A stretch of DNA of 64,000 nt from an uncultured bacterium (GCA_963923455.1 CAWULT010000001.1:65677-129676); one strand, 5' to 3'. Positions 17,541-28,026 are shown, numbered from the stretch's first letter. Program-made: numbers and translations. The notes: generated by a model not told the origin, from the letters alone.

Positions 17541-19526
17541 TCAGGCCACGGACCCCTGGCCGGAACGTGGCTGTTCCGCGACAGGGGCCGTGAGGCGTGT
17601 GCCAATGTCTCGATGGGCGATCTCGTCGCGGGCGGCCTCGATGAAAGCCTCCACCGTCCGCGAACCCAGGTCGCCCGCCGCGCGGTTTCGCACCGACACG
17701 GCACCCTCGGCCGCCTCCCGATCCCCTACGACCAGCATGTACGGGATCTTCTGCAGCTGGGCCTCCCGAATTTTATAGCCAATCTTCTCCTGGCGATCAT
17801 CCAGTTCGACCCGCAGCCCGGCGGCCGCGAGGCGATCGCGGACGGCGGCGGCGTAGGCGCCGTGGCGGTCCGCGATGGGCAGGACCGTCACCTGGACGGG
17901 CGCCAGCCAGAGCGGCCATGCCCCGGCGAAGTGCTCGATCAGCAGGGCGATGAAGCGCTCGAAGCTGCCGAAGATGGCGCGGTGGATCACCACCGGGCGG
18001 TGGGGGGCGTTGTCGGCCCCGACATAGGTGAGGTCGAACCGCTCCGGGAGCTGGTAGTCCAGCTGGATCGTGGCGCACTGCCAGCGGCGACCGATCGCGT
18101 CGGTCACGTCGAAGTCGATCTTCGGCCCGTAGAACGCGCCGTCGCCCTCGTTGATCGTGAACGTCGCCCCGACGGCCGTCAGCGCCCGGGTGAGCTCGGC
18201 CTCGGCGTGGTTCCACTGCTCGATGGCGCCCAGGAACTCCGCCGGCCGCGTCGAGAGCTTCATCTCGAGCTGCATGCCGAAGTCGCCGTACACCTTCTGG
18301 ACCAGGCGGAGCACCCGCTCGACCTCGTCGCCAATCTGCGACTCCATGACGAAGCAGTGCGCGTCGTCCTGCGAGAACTGGCGCACCCGGGTCAGGCCGG
18401 ACAGCACTCCCGAGGCCTCGTTGCGGTGCAGCGCGGTCTGCTCGTGGAGCCGGATCGGCAGGTCCTTGTAGCTGCGGACCTCGCTGGCGTACATCAGCAT
18501 GTGGCCGGGGCAGTTCATGGCCTTGAGGCCCATCTGCTCGCCCTCGGTCTCGACGAGGAACATGTTCTCGCGGTAGTGCTGCCAGTGGCCGGAGGTTTCC
18601 CAGAGCGCCCGGTTGAAGACGATCGGCGCCTTGACCTCGGTATAGCCCGCCGGTACCAGCAGCCCGCGGATGTAGTCGGCCAGCGTGTTGTACAGGACGG
18701 TGCCCTTGGGCAGCCAGAACGTGGCGCCAGGGGCCCACGCGTGGAACATGAACAGCTTCTGCTCGCGCCCGATCCTGCGATGGTCGCGCGCCTTGGCTTC
18801 CTCGAGGCGTCGCAGGTGTTCCTGCAGGTCCTTGTCGGACAGGAACGCCGTGCCGTAGACGCGCTGCATCGGCTGGTTGCGCGCGTCGCCCTTCCAGTAG
18901 GCGTTGGAGGTGCTGAGCAGCTTGAAGGCCTTGAGGCGACCGGTGCTCGGCACGTGGGGGCCCGTGCAGAAGTCGACGAAGGTCTCGCGGTCCTTGATCG
19001 TGTAGCAGGACACCTCGGCCTGGCCGGCGGTCTTCTCCTCGATCAGCTGCACCTTGAGCGGCTCGCCGCGGGCGCCGAAGAAGCGGGTGGCCTCGTCGCG
19101 CGACCACATCTGCCGCTCGTACGGCAGGTCCTGCTGCGCCAGCTCGCGCATCTTCCGTTCGATGGCGTCCAGGTCGTCCTGCACGAACGGACGGGGCACT
19201 ACGAAGTCGTAGAAGAAGCCCTCGTCCGTGGCGGGGCCGATGCCACACTGCACCCCGGGGAACAGGTTGGTGACCGCGGCCGCCAGCAGGTGGGCCGCGC
19301 TGTGCCGGAACAGGCCCAGCGCCTCCGGGCTGTCACCCGTGACGATGCGGACCGACGCGTCGTGCGTGAGCGGATACGTCAGGTCGACCATCCGCCCGTC
19401 GACGATGGCGGCGACGGCGGCCTTCGCAAGGCGAGGCGAAATGGCGGCCGCGATTTCCCGCGCAGGCGTGCCGGCTGGCACACCTCGACTGGATCCATCC
19501 GGCAGCGTGACGGTGACCTGGTTCAT
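17541..19526 (-). CDS. thrS: Threonine-tRNA ligase
   Basis: TGS domain, HSAAHLL, RDHRRIG, MNCPGH, GAFYGPKID, HRAIFGS. Confidence 0.98.
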   Translation of the reverse strand: MNQVTVTLPDGSSRGVPAGTPAREIAAAISPRLAKAAVAAIVDGRMVDLTYPLTHDASVRIVTGDSPEALGLFRHSAAHLLAAAVTNLFPGVQCGIGPATDEGFFYDFVVPRPFVQDDLDAIERKMRELAQQDLPYERQMWSRDEATRFFGARGEPLKVQLIEEKTAGQAEVSCYTIKDRETFVDFCTGPHVPSTGRLKAFKLLSTSNAYWKGDARNQPMQRVYGTAFLSDKDLQEHLRRLEEAKARDHRRIGREQKLFMFHAWAPGATFWLPKGTVLYNTLADYIRGLLVPAGYTEVKAPIVFNRALWETSGHWQHYRENMFLVETEGEQMGLKAMNCPGHMLMYASEVRSYKDLPIRLHEQTALHRNEASGVLSGLTRVRQFSQDDAHCFVMESQIGDEVERVLRLVQKVYGDFGMQLEMKLSTRPAEFLGAIEQWNHAEAELTRALTAVGATFTINEGDGAFYGPKIDFDVTDAIGRRWQCATIQLDYQLPERFDLTYVGADNAPHRPVVIHRAIFGSFERFIALLIEHFAGAWPLWLAPVQVTVLPIADRHGAYAAAVRDRLAAAGLRVELDDRQEKIGYKIREAQLQKIPYMLVVGDREAAEGAVSVRNRAAGDLGSRTVEAFIEAARDEIAHRDIGTRLTAPVAEQPRSGQGSVA

Positions 19527-19537
19527 GAATACGAAAG

Positions 19538-19614
19538 TGGTAGGCGCGGGTGGATTCGAACCACTGACCTCCTCCGTGTCAGGGAGGCGCTCTAACCAGC
19601 TGAGCTACGCGCCT
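19538..19614 (-). tRNA. tRNA-Val(GAC)
   Basis: AGGCGCGTAGCTCAGCTGGTTAGAGCGCCTCCCTGACACGGAGGAGGTCAGTGGTTCGAATCCACCCGCGCCTACCA; cloverleaf with encoded CCA. Confidence 0.97.
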
Positions 19615-19751
19615 ATCTATTGCGAAATCAGGCTTTAACCCGAACCCCCAATATAACAAAGTCGAGGGGGCTTCGGGAACCCCAAATTTTGCGGCGGGCC
19701 TTCAGGCGGGGCTGTTCGGGCGGTTGTGCGGCGCGATCGTCTCCGTCGTGG

Positions 19752-20903
19752 TCACTTGGTGGCCAGTTGCAGCGCCTTGTCGAGCGTGGGATCGCCGGCC
19801 GGGGGCTGCGCGCCGAATTCTACCTCGGGTTGGTCCACTTCGACGTCGGGCGCGAGGCCGCGCTCGTGGATCGAGTCGTTCTTCGGCGTGAGGTAGCGCA
19901 GATTCGAGAGCAGGAGGCCGCTGCCGTCGGGCAGCCGGACCAGTCGCTGCCGGGCGGCCCGGCCCACCGTGCGCTCGCCGACCAGCTGCGCGCGCTCGTT
20001 GCCGTCGAGGGCCGCGGCGAAGACTTCGGCGGCGCCGGCGGTGCCTTGGCCCACCAGCAGCACGACGGGCATGGTGATGGCCCCGTCCGGTGCGGCGGCG
20101 GTGACCACTTCGCGCTGGTCGCGCTGCTGCCGGATCGCCAGCGTGCCTGTCTTGACGAAGAGCCTGGCGGCTGCGACCCCGTCGTCGAGGTCGCCCTTGG
20201 CCGTGCCGCGCAGATCGACGATCAGGCGGCCCGCGCCTGCCTTGGCGAGCGTCTCGGTGGCCTGCTTCAGCCGGGACGCCGTGTCCTTCGAGAACTCGAC
20301 GATGCGGACGTAGCCCGTCGTCGGATTCGCCATCCGCGAGGTCAGGTCGGTTCCGGTCGGGCGCTCCCTGGTGACCGTCACTTCGTGCGGTTCGGCCGCG
20401 TTGCCGCGGATCACGAGCAGCGCCACCTTCGAGTTCGGCGCGCCCTGCAGGAGGCGGTCGCCTTCGAACGCCGACATGTCCCGGGTGGGCCGGTTGTCGA
20501 TCGCGCGGATGAAGTCGCCCGAGCGCAGGCCGGCCTTGGCCGCCGGGGACCCGTCGCGCACCGACACGACGCGCAGGTAGTACTGCCGCATCAGCACGAC
20601 GCCGAGGTCGGCCGGGCCGGGAGATGCGTTGGAGTCGAGCGCCTTGACGAGGTCGGGGGTCAGGTACGCGCTGTCGGCGTCGAGACCGTCGGCGAGCCCC
20701 TTGAGCGCGCCGCGCATCGCCCGGCGGACGTCCACTTCTTCGACGTAGTTGTTCAGGACCAGGGAGACGACGTCCTCGAACACGCGCAGGTGCTTGAAGG
20801 TGTCGTCACGGCCGATCGCCTGACCGAGGTAGCCGCCGATGACGGCGAACGCGATGACCGGGATCGAGACGGCGAGAACCCACAGGCGGGTGCGAGCGGT
20901 CAT
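19752..20903 (-). CDS. S41A (CtpA/Prc-like) PDZ protein with substituted catalytic residues
   Basis: NYVEEVD...LDADSAYL, PDZ (GSPAAKAGLRSGD), GYVRI, IVDLR; TAGAAE in place of SASASE and TVGRA in place of TFGKG. Confidence 0.85.
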   Translation of the reverse strand: MTARTRLWVLAVSIPVIAFAVIGGYLGQAIGRDDTFKHLRVFEDVVSLVLNNYVEEVDVRRAMRGALKGLADGLDADSAYLTPDLVKALDSNASPGPADLGVVLMRQYYLRVVSVRDGSPAAKAGLRSGDFIRAIDNRPTRDMSAFEGDRLLQGAPNSKVALLVIRGNAAEPHEVTVTRERPTGTDLTSRMANPTTGYVRIVEFSKDTASRLKQATETLAKAGAGRLIVDLRGTAKGDLDDGVAAARLFVKTGTLAIRQQRDQREVVTAAAPDGAITMPVVLLVGQGTAGAAEVFAAALDGNERAQLVGERTVGRAARQRLVRLPDGSGLLLSNLRYLTPKNDSIHERGLAPDVEVDQPEVEFGAQPPAGDPTLDKALQLATK

Positions 20904-20948
20904 GGATGTGTCCTCAACGTCACCTGTCGTCTGCCGGGTAGCCGGGGT

Positions 20949-22124
20949 CTAACGTGGACGGAGCCATTGTACGGGATCGACCGATCGACCGTCGATCCGC
21001 ATCTCGAAGTAGAGGGCGGGCGTGCCCGCCGGAGAGGCGCCCACGCGGCCGACCTCGGTCCCCCCGTCCACCACCTGCCCGCGCTGGACGCTGAGGGCGC
21101 TCAGGTAGCCGTAGAGGGCCGAGCTGCCGTCCCCGTGGTCGACGATCACGAGCGTGCCCAGTCCGGCGAAGCCCTCCGCATAGGTGACCGTGCCGCCGTG
21201 GACGGTCCGGACCGCCGTACCTTCGGGCGAGGCGATCTCGACACCCGTCCGGACCATCGACCCACCGGAGCGGCCCGAGGGCTGGCCGAACCGGCCGACC
21301 ACCGTCCCGACGACGGGCCAGTCGAGCGTGCCGCGGAACGGCGCCAGGGGCACGACGACCGAGCCGGCCGTGAGCCCGGCGGCCTGGCGGTCGATGCGGG
21401 TCCTGGCCAGCTCCAGTTCGCCCACGTACTGCGCCGTGAGGTCGCGCCGGGAGTCGATCTGCTCGATGAGGGCGTTCCGGGCGCCGACGGCCTGCTCGGC
21501 GCGGGCCCTGGCCTGCTGGGCCGCGGCCAGTCGCGACCGCAGGTCGCGGGTCCGGGCCTGCACGTCGGCGCGGTCGGCCCGCAGGGCCTCGAGCGTCTGC
21601 CTGTGCTCGGTGATCAGGCGCTGCTCGCGGTAGGCCAGCGCCGAGATGGCACGGCTGGCCCGCGCGAAGTTCCGGACGCCGTCGCCGCTCAGGAGCAGCC
21701 GCAGGTAGCCCGTGCGTCCGCGCTTGTAGATGTTGACGAGCTGTGCCCGCACTTCGGGCAGGCCCTTCACCCGCTGTTCCTCGAGCGCGTCGATGCGCTG
21801 GGTCAGCTGCTGCAGCTCGCTGCGCGCGCCCGCGACGGCCGCCTCGGCCCGCCGCGCCTCTTCCAGCCGGATATCGCGTTCGATCTCGAGCTTGCGGACC
21901 TCGCCGAGCAGCGTCCGGCTCTCGCCCGCGAGGCGGGCGGCCTCGTCCTGCAGTGCCTTCAGGCGATCGGTGACGCGCTGTGCGAGCGGCGAGGTCGTGG
22001 TGGCGGAACCCTGCTGGGCGTGCAGGGGAGGCGTGCGTGCGACGAACGCGGCGAGCGTGATCGCGCCCAGGGACAGCCCCGCGACGACGCGCCTGCGAAC
22101 TCTGCTCGCCTCTGCGGCTGGCAC
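20949..22124 (-). CDS. envC: EnvC-like coiled-coil + degenerate M23/LytM murein hydrolase activator
   Basis: Long coiled coil, LDWPVVG, LYFEMRIDGRSVDPVQWL; Zn ligands lost (RTGVEI, YGYL); GTG 22124 lies 6 nt after TATACT. Confidence 0.82.
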   Translation of the reverse strand: MPAAEASRVRRRVVAGLSLGAITLAAFVARTPPLHAQQGSATTTSPLAQRVTDRLKALQDEAARLAGESRTLLGEVRKLEIERDIRLEEARRAEAAVAGARSELQQLTQRIDALEEQRVKGLPEVRAQLVNIYKRGRTGYLRLLLSGDGVRNFARASRAISALAYREQRLITEHRQTLEALRADRADVQARTRDLRSRLAAAQQARARAEQAVGARNALIEQIDSRRDLTAQYVGELELARTRIDRQAAGLTAGSVVVPLAPFRGTLDWPVVGTVVGRFGQPSGRSGGSMVRTGVEIASPEGTAVRTVHGGTVTYAEGFAGLGTLVIVDHGDGSSALYGYLSALSVQRGQVVDGGTEVGRVGASPAGTPALYFEMRIDGRSVDPVQWLRPR

Positions 22125-22145
22125 CCGCCTAGTATAGAGGGACGC

Positions 22146-22595
22146 ATGCGCTTCGTGGGACTCGATGTGGGCCTGCGCCGGATCGGCGTCGCGGTCAGCG
22201 ACGCGTCCGGGACGCTGGCGCGCCCGGTCGGCGTGATCGACGGGTCCGGGCCGGACAGGGCCCTCGAACTGGTCGCCGCGGAAGTGGCCCGGCTGGGCGA
22301 GGACGACGGCGTCGCGGCGATCGTCGTCGGGTTGCCGCGACGGCTCGACGGGTCGCCCACGACGCTGACGCCGGTCGTGGAGGCCTTCGCACGCCGGCTC
22401 GAGGCGAGGCTGTCGCTGCCGGTTCACCTGCAGGACGAGCGGCTGACCAGCCGCGAGGCCGAGAGCCGCCTGGCCCTCCGCGAGAAGGACTGGCGCGTAC
22501 GGAAGCGAAAGCTCGACGCAGCCGCGGCCGCGATCATCCTGCAGGACTATCTCGACGGCCGGCCGCGCGCCGGAGAGGCCGGGACTCCGGCGTGA
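22146..22595 (+). CDS. ruvX: YqgF/RuvX pre-16S rRNA nuclease
   Basis: GLDVGLRRIGVAVSD, VVGLP, DERLTS, DAAAAAIILQDYL. Confidence 0.95.
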   Translation: MRFVGLDVGLRRIGVAVSDASGTLARPVGVIDGSGPDRALELVAAEVARLGEDDGVAAIVVGLPRRLDGSPTTLTPVVEAFARRLEARLSLPVHLQDERLTSREAESRLALREKDWRVRKRKLDAAAAAIILQDYLDGRPRAGEAGTPA

Positions 22596-23638
22596 GGCGG
22601 ATGCTCGTGCGGGCGGCGCTGCTCGGCGCGCTGCTGCTGGCCGCGGCCGGCGTGGGAGCGTGGGCCGTCTGGAGCCGCGTGCAGGCGCCGTACAAGGGCT
22701 ACGCCGAGGCGGAGCGGTTCGTCGACATTCCACCCGGTACCCGCACGGCCGAGATCGGCGCGCACCTGGCGGCGGCGGGCGTCGTCAGCGACGCGCGGGT
22801 GTTTCGCGTCGCGCTGTGGTGGACCGGGCGCGGGCGCGCGCTCAAGGCCGGTGAGTACCGGTTCGATCGGCCGATGACGGTGCTGGCCGTGATCGACACG
22901 ATCGCCCGCGGCGACGTCTTCTCGCAGAAGGTGACCTTCCCCGAGGGGCTGACCATTCCCGACCTGGCCGCCATCTACGCGGCCCGCGGCCTGGGCGCCG
23001 CCGCGGACTTCGAGGCCGCCGCCCGCGACGGGTCGCGAATCGCCGACCTCGATCCCGACGCGCGCGATCTCGAGGGCTACCTGTTTCCCGATACCTACGC
23101 GGTGCCCCGCGCGACGCCGGCCGCGACGATGGTGGGGTTGATGGTCGACCGGTTCCGGGCCGCGTATTCGGACGACCTTCGCCGGCGCGCCGCGCAGCAG
23201 GGGCTGACCACCCGTCAGGTCGTGACCCTGGCCTCGCTCGTCGAGAAGGAAACGGCCCGCGCCGAGGAGCGGCCGCTCGTCGCGGCCGTCTACCGCAATC
23301 GCGTGCGGCTCAAGATGGGTTTACAGGCCGATCCGACCGTCGTCTACGCGCTGCGCAAGGCCGGTCGCTACGACGGCAACATCCGCAAGCGCGACCTCGC
23401 GCTCGATTCGCCGTACAACACCTACCGCTACGCGGGTCTGCCGCCGGGGCCGATTGCGGCGCCGGGCCAGGCCTCGCTCGAGGCCGCGCTCGCCCCTGCC
23501 GGCGTTCCGTACCTGTACTTCGTCAGCCGCAACGACGGTTCCCACGTCTTCGCCGAGACGCTGGCGCAGCACAACCGGAACGTGCAGGAGTTCCAGGTGC
23601 GGTACTTCCAGCAGCGCCGGCGGCGCGCGGCCCGCTAG
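22592..23638 (+). CDS. mltG: Endolytic transglycosylase MltG
   Basis: LEGYLFPDTY, ASLVEKE, LQADPT, SPYNTY..GLPPGPI. Confidence 0.95.
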   Translation: MRRMLVRAALLGALLLAAAGVGAWAVWSRVQAPYKGYAEAERFVDIPPGTRTAEIGAHLAAAGVVSDARVFRVALWWTGRGRALKAGEYRFDRPMTVLAVIDTIARGDVFSQKVTFPEGLTIPDLAAIYAARGLGAAADFEAAARDGSRIADLDPDARDLEGYLFPDTYAVPRATPAATMVGLMVDRFRAAYSDDLRRRAAQQGLTTRQVVTLASLVEKETARAEERPLVAAVYRNRVRLKMGLQADPTVVYALRKAGRYDGNIRKRDLALDSPYNTYRYAGLPPGPIAAPGQASLEAALAPAGVPYLYFVSRNDGSHVFAETLAQHNRNVQEFQVRYFQQRRRRAAR

Positions 23639-23656
23639 CGCGGGCCGGCTGCGCGG

Positions 23657-24565
23657 CTACTCCCGGCCGCCCCGCTCGCCCCACTTGAGTTTCTCGCGGA
23701 GCAGCTCGAAATAGCTGCGCGCGGGCGCCTTGACGAGCGCCAGCGTCCGCTCCGACTTGCGGATGCGGATCACGTCGCCCCGGCGCAGCGGATAGCCCGA
23801 CTGCCCGTCGTAGGTGACGAACACGTCGTCGACCGATTCGTCGATGTGCGGCCGCACCTCGATGACCTCGCTGCCCGGGATCACGATGGGCCGGTTGGTC
23901 AGCGTGTGCGGCGCGATGGGTGTCAGCACCAGTGCGTCGACGTGCGGGTGCATGATCGGGCCGCCAGCCGCCAGGTTGTAGGCGGTCGACCCGGTGGCGC
24001 TGGCGACGATCAGCCCGTCGGCCTTGACACGCGTGACGAGCGCGTTGCCGACGAACACCGAGAGCCCGATCATCCGCGAGAGCGCGGCCTTGGTCAGCAC
24101 GACGTCGTTCAGCACGATGCGCGAGTCGAAGTGCTCCTGGCCGCGATAGGCGTCGGCCGCCAGCATCAGCCGCTCCTCGTAGAGGGCCGTGCCGTCGATG
24201 ACGGCTTCGAGCGACGGATACAACTCGTCGATGCGCGTCTCCGTCAGGAAGCCGAGGCTGCCGAAGTTGACGCCGAGCATGGGCACCTGCCGGCCCGACT
24301 GCGCGATCCGCGTGGCCATCCCGAGCAGCGTGCCGTCGCCCCCGAGCACGATGACGAGGTCGGCGTGCTGGGGCAGTTCGTCGCGGCTGCAGCGCGGCAC
24401 GGCGGCGTCCGCGCCGGCCAGCAGCGCCGTATCGGTGTCGTAGACGACGCCGATGCCGCGGCCGCGCAGCCAGGCGGCCAGATGGGCCAGGTGGTCGGCT
24501 GCGGGGGAGAGGCCGGTCTTGGCGACCAGCCCGACTCGGGCGAGACGAACGGGCGCTGTGCTCAT
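23657..24565 (-). CDS. nadK: NAD kinase
   Basis: GGDGT, GSLGFL, LNDV, TGSTAYNLAAGGP. Confidence 0.95.
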   Translation of the reverse strand: MSTAPVRLARVGLVAKTGLSPAADHLAHLAAWLRGRGIGVVYDTDTALLAGADAAVPRCSRDELPQHADLVIVLGGDGTLLGMATRIAQSGRQVPMLGVNFGSLGFLTETRIDELYPSLEAVIDGTALYEERLMLAADAYRGQEHFDSRIVLNDVVLTKAALSRMIGLSVFVGNALVTRVKADGLIVASATGSTAYNLAAGGPIMHPHVDALVLTPIAPHTLTNRPIVIPGSEVIEVRPHIDESVDDVFVTYDGQSGYPLRRGDVIRIRKSERTLALVKAPARSYFELLREKLKWGERGGRE

Positions 24566-25293
24566 GACGGCCGCAGGTGGAGCAGGAACTCGACGTTGCC
24601 CTTCTGACCCGTGATGGGAGACGGTGTCGCGCCCACGCGGGTCAATCCTACCTCAGCCCCCGCGGCGGTCACCTCGTCGAGCACACGCGCCTGCACCGCG
24701 GCGTCGCGGATGATGCCCTTGCGCACCTCGTCGCGGCCGGCCTCGAACTGCGGCTTCACCAGCGCGACGACGTCGGCGCCGGGCCGCAGCACCGGAGGCA
24801 CGACGGGCAGGATCTGGCGCAGCGAGATGAACGAGACGTCGATCACGACGATGTCCACCGGTCCCGGCAGATCCGCCAGGGTCAGCTGCCGCGCGTTGAA
24901 GTGCTCGATCACGATGACGCGCGCGTCGTTGCGCAGCCGCCAGTCGAGCTGGCCGTGGCCGACATCGAGCGCGACCACGCGGGCGGCGCCGCGCTGCAGC
25001 AGTACGTCGGTGAACCCCCCGGTCGAGGCGCCGATGTCGAGCGCCTCACGTCCGGCCACGTCGATCCGGAAGGTGTCGAGTGCGTGGGCGAGCTTCAGCC
25101 CCCCGCGGCCCACGTAGGGGTGATCGGGCGCCAGCAGCGCGAGGGCAGCCGCGGTGTCCACGGGCGTGCCGGCCTTGCTCACGACGCTGCCGTCCACGGT
25201 GACCTGGTGCGCGAGGATCAGCGCCCGGGCGCGCTCACGCGACGGTGCGAGCCCGCGTTCCACGACGAGCTGGTCCAGTCGAGTTCGGCCCAC
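24562..25293 (-). CDS. tlyA: TlyA family rRNA 2'-O-methyltransferase
   Basis: S4 domain, RGGLKL, DIGASTGGFTD, DVSFISL, KPQFE. Confidence 0.95.
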   Translation of the reverse strand: MGRTRLDQLVVERGLAPSRERARALILAHQVTVDGSVVSKAGTPVDTAAALALLAPDHPYVGRGGLKLAHALDTFRIDVAGREALDIGASTGGFTDVLLQRGAARVVALDVGHGQLDWRLRNDARVIVIEHFNARQLTLADLPGPVDIVVIDVSFISLRQILPVVPPVLRPGADVVALVKPQFEAGRDEVRKGIIRDAAVQARVLDEVTAAGAEVGLTRVGATPSPITGQKGNVEFLLHLRPS

Positions 25294-25311
25294 AGGCTCC
25301 GCGCCTCGCGA

Positions 25312-26241
25312 TCAGTGGGACCGCTCGACGATCCACCGGCCGATGCCGAGTAGATGGCTGTCGGCGAGGCCGGCCTCCGCGAGCACCTGCCCGGCCCGGG
25401 CGATGCACTCGGCGGCCATCCGGCGGGATGCGTCCAGCCCATACAACGCGGGGTAGGTGGGCTTGCCGGCTGCGGCGTCCTTGCCAGCCGTCTTGCCGAG
25501 GTCCTCCGAGGCGGCGCTGACGTCGAGCACGTCGTCGACGATCTGAAAGGCGAGCCCGAACTCGGCTGCCGCGCGGTCGACGGCATCGACCTGTTGATCG
25601 GAGCCGCCGCCGAGGATCGCGCCGGCCACCGCGGCGCCCCGGATCAGCGCACCGGTCTTCCGCGCGTGCATGGCCGCGAGGCCTGTCGCGTCGAGTGGCG
25701 GCGGCAGCCGGCCGGACACGTCCGGGGTGACGCAGGAGAGGTCGATCGCCTGTCCGCCGACCATCCCCACCGGGCCCGCCGCGCGGGCGATCACGCCGAT
25801 CACGCGGAGCCGCCTGGCGGCAGTGGCGGCGCTCGCGCCGGGCGGCACACGGGCCAGCACGTGGAACGCCTCGGTCAGCAGTCCGTCGCCGGCGAGGATG
25901 GCCATGCCCTCGCCCGCGACGACGTGCAAGGTCGGCCGCCCGCGGCGCATCGAGTCGTCGTCCATGGCCGGCAGGTCGTCGTGGATGAGCGAGTAGGTGT
26001 GAATCAGCTCGATCGCGCAGGCGGCCGGCATCGCCTCCGTGCGGTCGCCGCCCACGGCGTCTGCGCTCGCGAGGCACAGGATCGGCCGGAGGCGCTTGCC
26101 GCCCGCGGTGAGACTGTAGCGCATGGCGTCTCCGACGAGCGGCGGGCAGTCCGGCGCCGACGGCAGGATCGTCTCGAGGGCCGCGTCGATCTCGGCGCGG
26201 CGGGCCCGGACGTAGTCGGCGACCGGGATCGCGGTGGTCAT
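25312..26241 (-). CDS. ispA: Farnesyl-diphosphate synthase (polyprenyl synthetase)
   Basis: [35 protein letters not shown]. Confidence 0.93.
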   Translation of the reverse strand: MTTAIPVADYVRARRAEIDAALETILPSAPDCPPLVGDAMRYSLTAGGKRLRPILCLASADAVGGDRTEAMPAACAIELIHTYSLIHDDLPAMDDDSMRRGRPTLHVVAGEGMAILAGDGLLTEAFHVLARVPPGASAATAARRLRVIGVIARAAGPVGMVGGQAIDLSCVTPDVSGRLPPPLDATGLAAMHARKTGALIRGAAVAGAILGGGSDQQVDAVDRAAAEFGLAFQIVDDVLDVSAASEDLGKTAGKDAAAGKPTYPALYGLDASRRMAAECIARAGQVLAEAGLADSHLLGIGRWIVERSH

Positions 26242-26495
26242 CGTCCGCGCGCCGTGCCGGCGTCCTCGTCGTCGGAGAGCGCGTCAGGCGCGGGCTTGAG
26301 CTGGCCGCGCTCGTTCAGCACCTCGATGCGGCGCTCGGCGTCCTCGAGGCGGGCGTGGCAGTAGCGGGAGAGCTGGACGCCGCGTTCGTAGAGCTGCAGC
26401 GAGCCCTCGAGGGGCAGGTCGCCCTCCTCGAGCTTCTTGACGATCGATTCGAGCTCGGCGATGGCCGTCTCGAAGTCCTTGATGGTCGGATCCAT
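26238..26495 (-). CDS. xseB: Exodeoxyribonuclease VII small subunit
   Basis: [23 protein letters not shown]. Confidence 0.95.
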   Translation of the reverse strand: MDPTIKDFETAIAELESIVKKLEEGDLPLEGSLQLYERGVQLSRYCHARLEDAERRIEVLNERGQLKPAPDALSDDEDAGTARGR

Positions 26496-26514
26496 GGTTG
26501 GCGCCGTCTCCGTG

Positions 26515-28026
26515 TCAGCCCTCGGGGGGCGGGGTGCGTCGGTCGGGCGACGCGGCCCTGACCTCGCAGTCGAGTTCGCCGCGGCCCAGGGTCACCTGGA
26601 CGCGGTCGCCGGGCCGTGCTTCGTCGGCGGCGTGGAGGACGGCGGTCCGGTCGGCGTTCCAGCAGACGGCGTAGCCGCGCCCGAGCACCGCCAGCGGGCT
26701 GAGGCTCTCGAGTTGCGCCACCGCGCGGCCCAGCCGCGCCTGGCGCGCCAGCCGCCGCTGCGCCATCCGGGCCGCGAGCGCGGCGTCGGCGGCCCGCAGG
26801 CGGCCCCCGACGTCGGCCAGGCGCCGGCGAAGGTCGAGCCGTTCGAGCGACAGGCGCAGCGCCTGGCTGGCGCGCTCGCGCTGCATCAGGCGCGCGTGCA
26901 TCACGCGCCGGAGCTCGTGGGACAGCTCGCCGACGTGCCGGCCGCGCATCGCGAGCCGGCCGCTGAAGCCGGCGTAGCCGCCCCGGGCGTCGAGCGCCCG
27001 CAGGCGCGACTCGACCCGGTAGAGCCGCCCCCGCGTGGCCGCGTCGATGCGCTGCGCGAGCCGGTCGATCCGGGCGGCCACCTCGTCCTTCCGCGCCACG
27101 ACCATCTCGGCTGCGGCCGATGGCGTCGGGGCGCGGAGGTCGGCGACGAAGTCGGCGATCGTGACGTCGGTCTCGTGGCCGACGGCCGAGATCGTCGGCA
27201 CGGGACAGGCGGCGATCGCGCGGGCGACCGCCTCCTCGTTGAACGCCCAGAGATCTTCGATGGAGCCGCCGCCGCGCCCGACGATCACGACGTCGACGCC
27301 GTCCACCGCACCGATCGCCGCGAGGGCGCGGGCGATTTCGGCTGCGGCGCCCTCGCCCTGGACGCGCGTCGGCCGGATCACGATGTGGGCGTTCGCGTAG
27401 CGCCGGCGCAGGACCTTGACGATGTCGCGGATCGCCGCGCCGTCGAGGGAGGTGACGACGCCGATCTTCCGGGGCAGGACCGGGAGCGGCCGCTTGCGCG
27501 CCGGATCGAACAGGCCTTCGGACGCCAGGCGCTGCTTGACCTGGTCGAAGGCGAGCTGCAGCGCCCCGAGCCCCTCGGGCTCGATGTGCTCGCAGACGAT
27601 CTGGTACTCGCCCTTGGCCTCGTACACGCCGACGCGCCCGCGGGCGATCACGTGCAGGCCGTCCTGGGGCTTGAACTTCAGCAGGCGGACCGCCGACCGG
27701 AACATCACGCCCCGGATCTGTGCGCCGGCGTCCTTGAGCGTGAAGTAGAGATGGCCGGTGTTCCAGAGGCGGCAGTTCGACAACTCGCCCTGGAGCCAGA
27801 CCTCGAAGAACTGCGCTTCGAGCAGCGAGCGGATGTCGGCGGTGAGTTCGGAGACGGTGAAGATGTGGCGCTCCGGGTGGATCGGCTCGTCGTCGACGTC
27901 CGGCTCGGGCTGTGGCGCCGGCCCGCGCGAGGCCGGGAGGCCGGGCGGCTCCGGCCGCGCCGTCTCGGGCGCGCGCCGCGCACCGTTGGGTTCCGGGTCG
28001 TCGAAAGGCAGTCCGAAGGTCGTCAC
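26515..28026 (-). CDS. xseA: Exodeoxyribonuclease VII large subunit
   Basis: [37 protein letters not shown]; GTG overlaps the upstream stop. Confidence 0.95.
   Translation of the reverse strand: MTTFGLPFDDPEPNGARRAPETARPEPPGLPASRGPAPQPEPDVDDEPIHPERHIFTVSELTADIRSLLEAQFFEVWLQGELSNCRLWNTGHLYFTLKDAGAQIRGVMFRSAVRLLKFKPQDGLHVIARGRVGVYEAKGEYQIVCEHIEPEGLGALQLAFDQVKQRLASEGLFDPARKRPLPVLPRKIGVVTSLDGAAIRDIVKVLRRRYANAHIVIRPTRVQGEGAAAEIARALAAIGAVDGVDVVIVGRGGGSIEDLWAFNEEAVARAIAACPVPTISAVGHETDVTIADFVADLRAPTPSAAAEMVVARKDEVAARIDRLAQRIDAATRGRLYRVESRLRALDARGGYAGFSGRLAMRGRHVGELSHELRRVMHARLMQRERASQALRLSLERLDLRRRLADVGGRLRAADAALAARMAQRRLARQARLGRAVAQLESLSPLAVLGRGYAVCWNADRTAVLHAADEARPGDRVQVTLGRGELDCEVRAASPDRRTPPPEG

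Noticed and set aside
19620-22145. 991-aa ORF appearing as a giant RuvX fusion
   Set aside because: The upstream part is the stop-free antisense of ctpA/envC; RuvX homology starts at ATG 22146.
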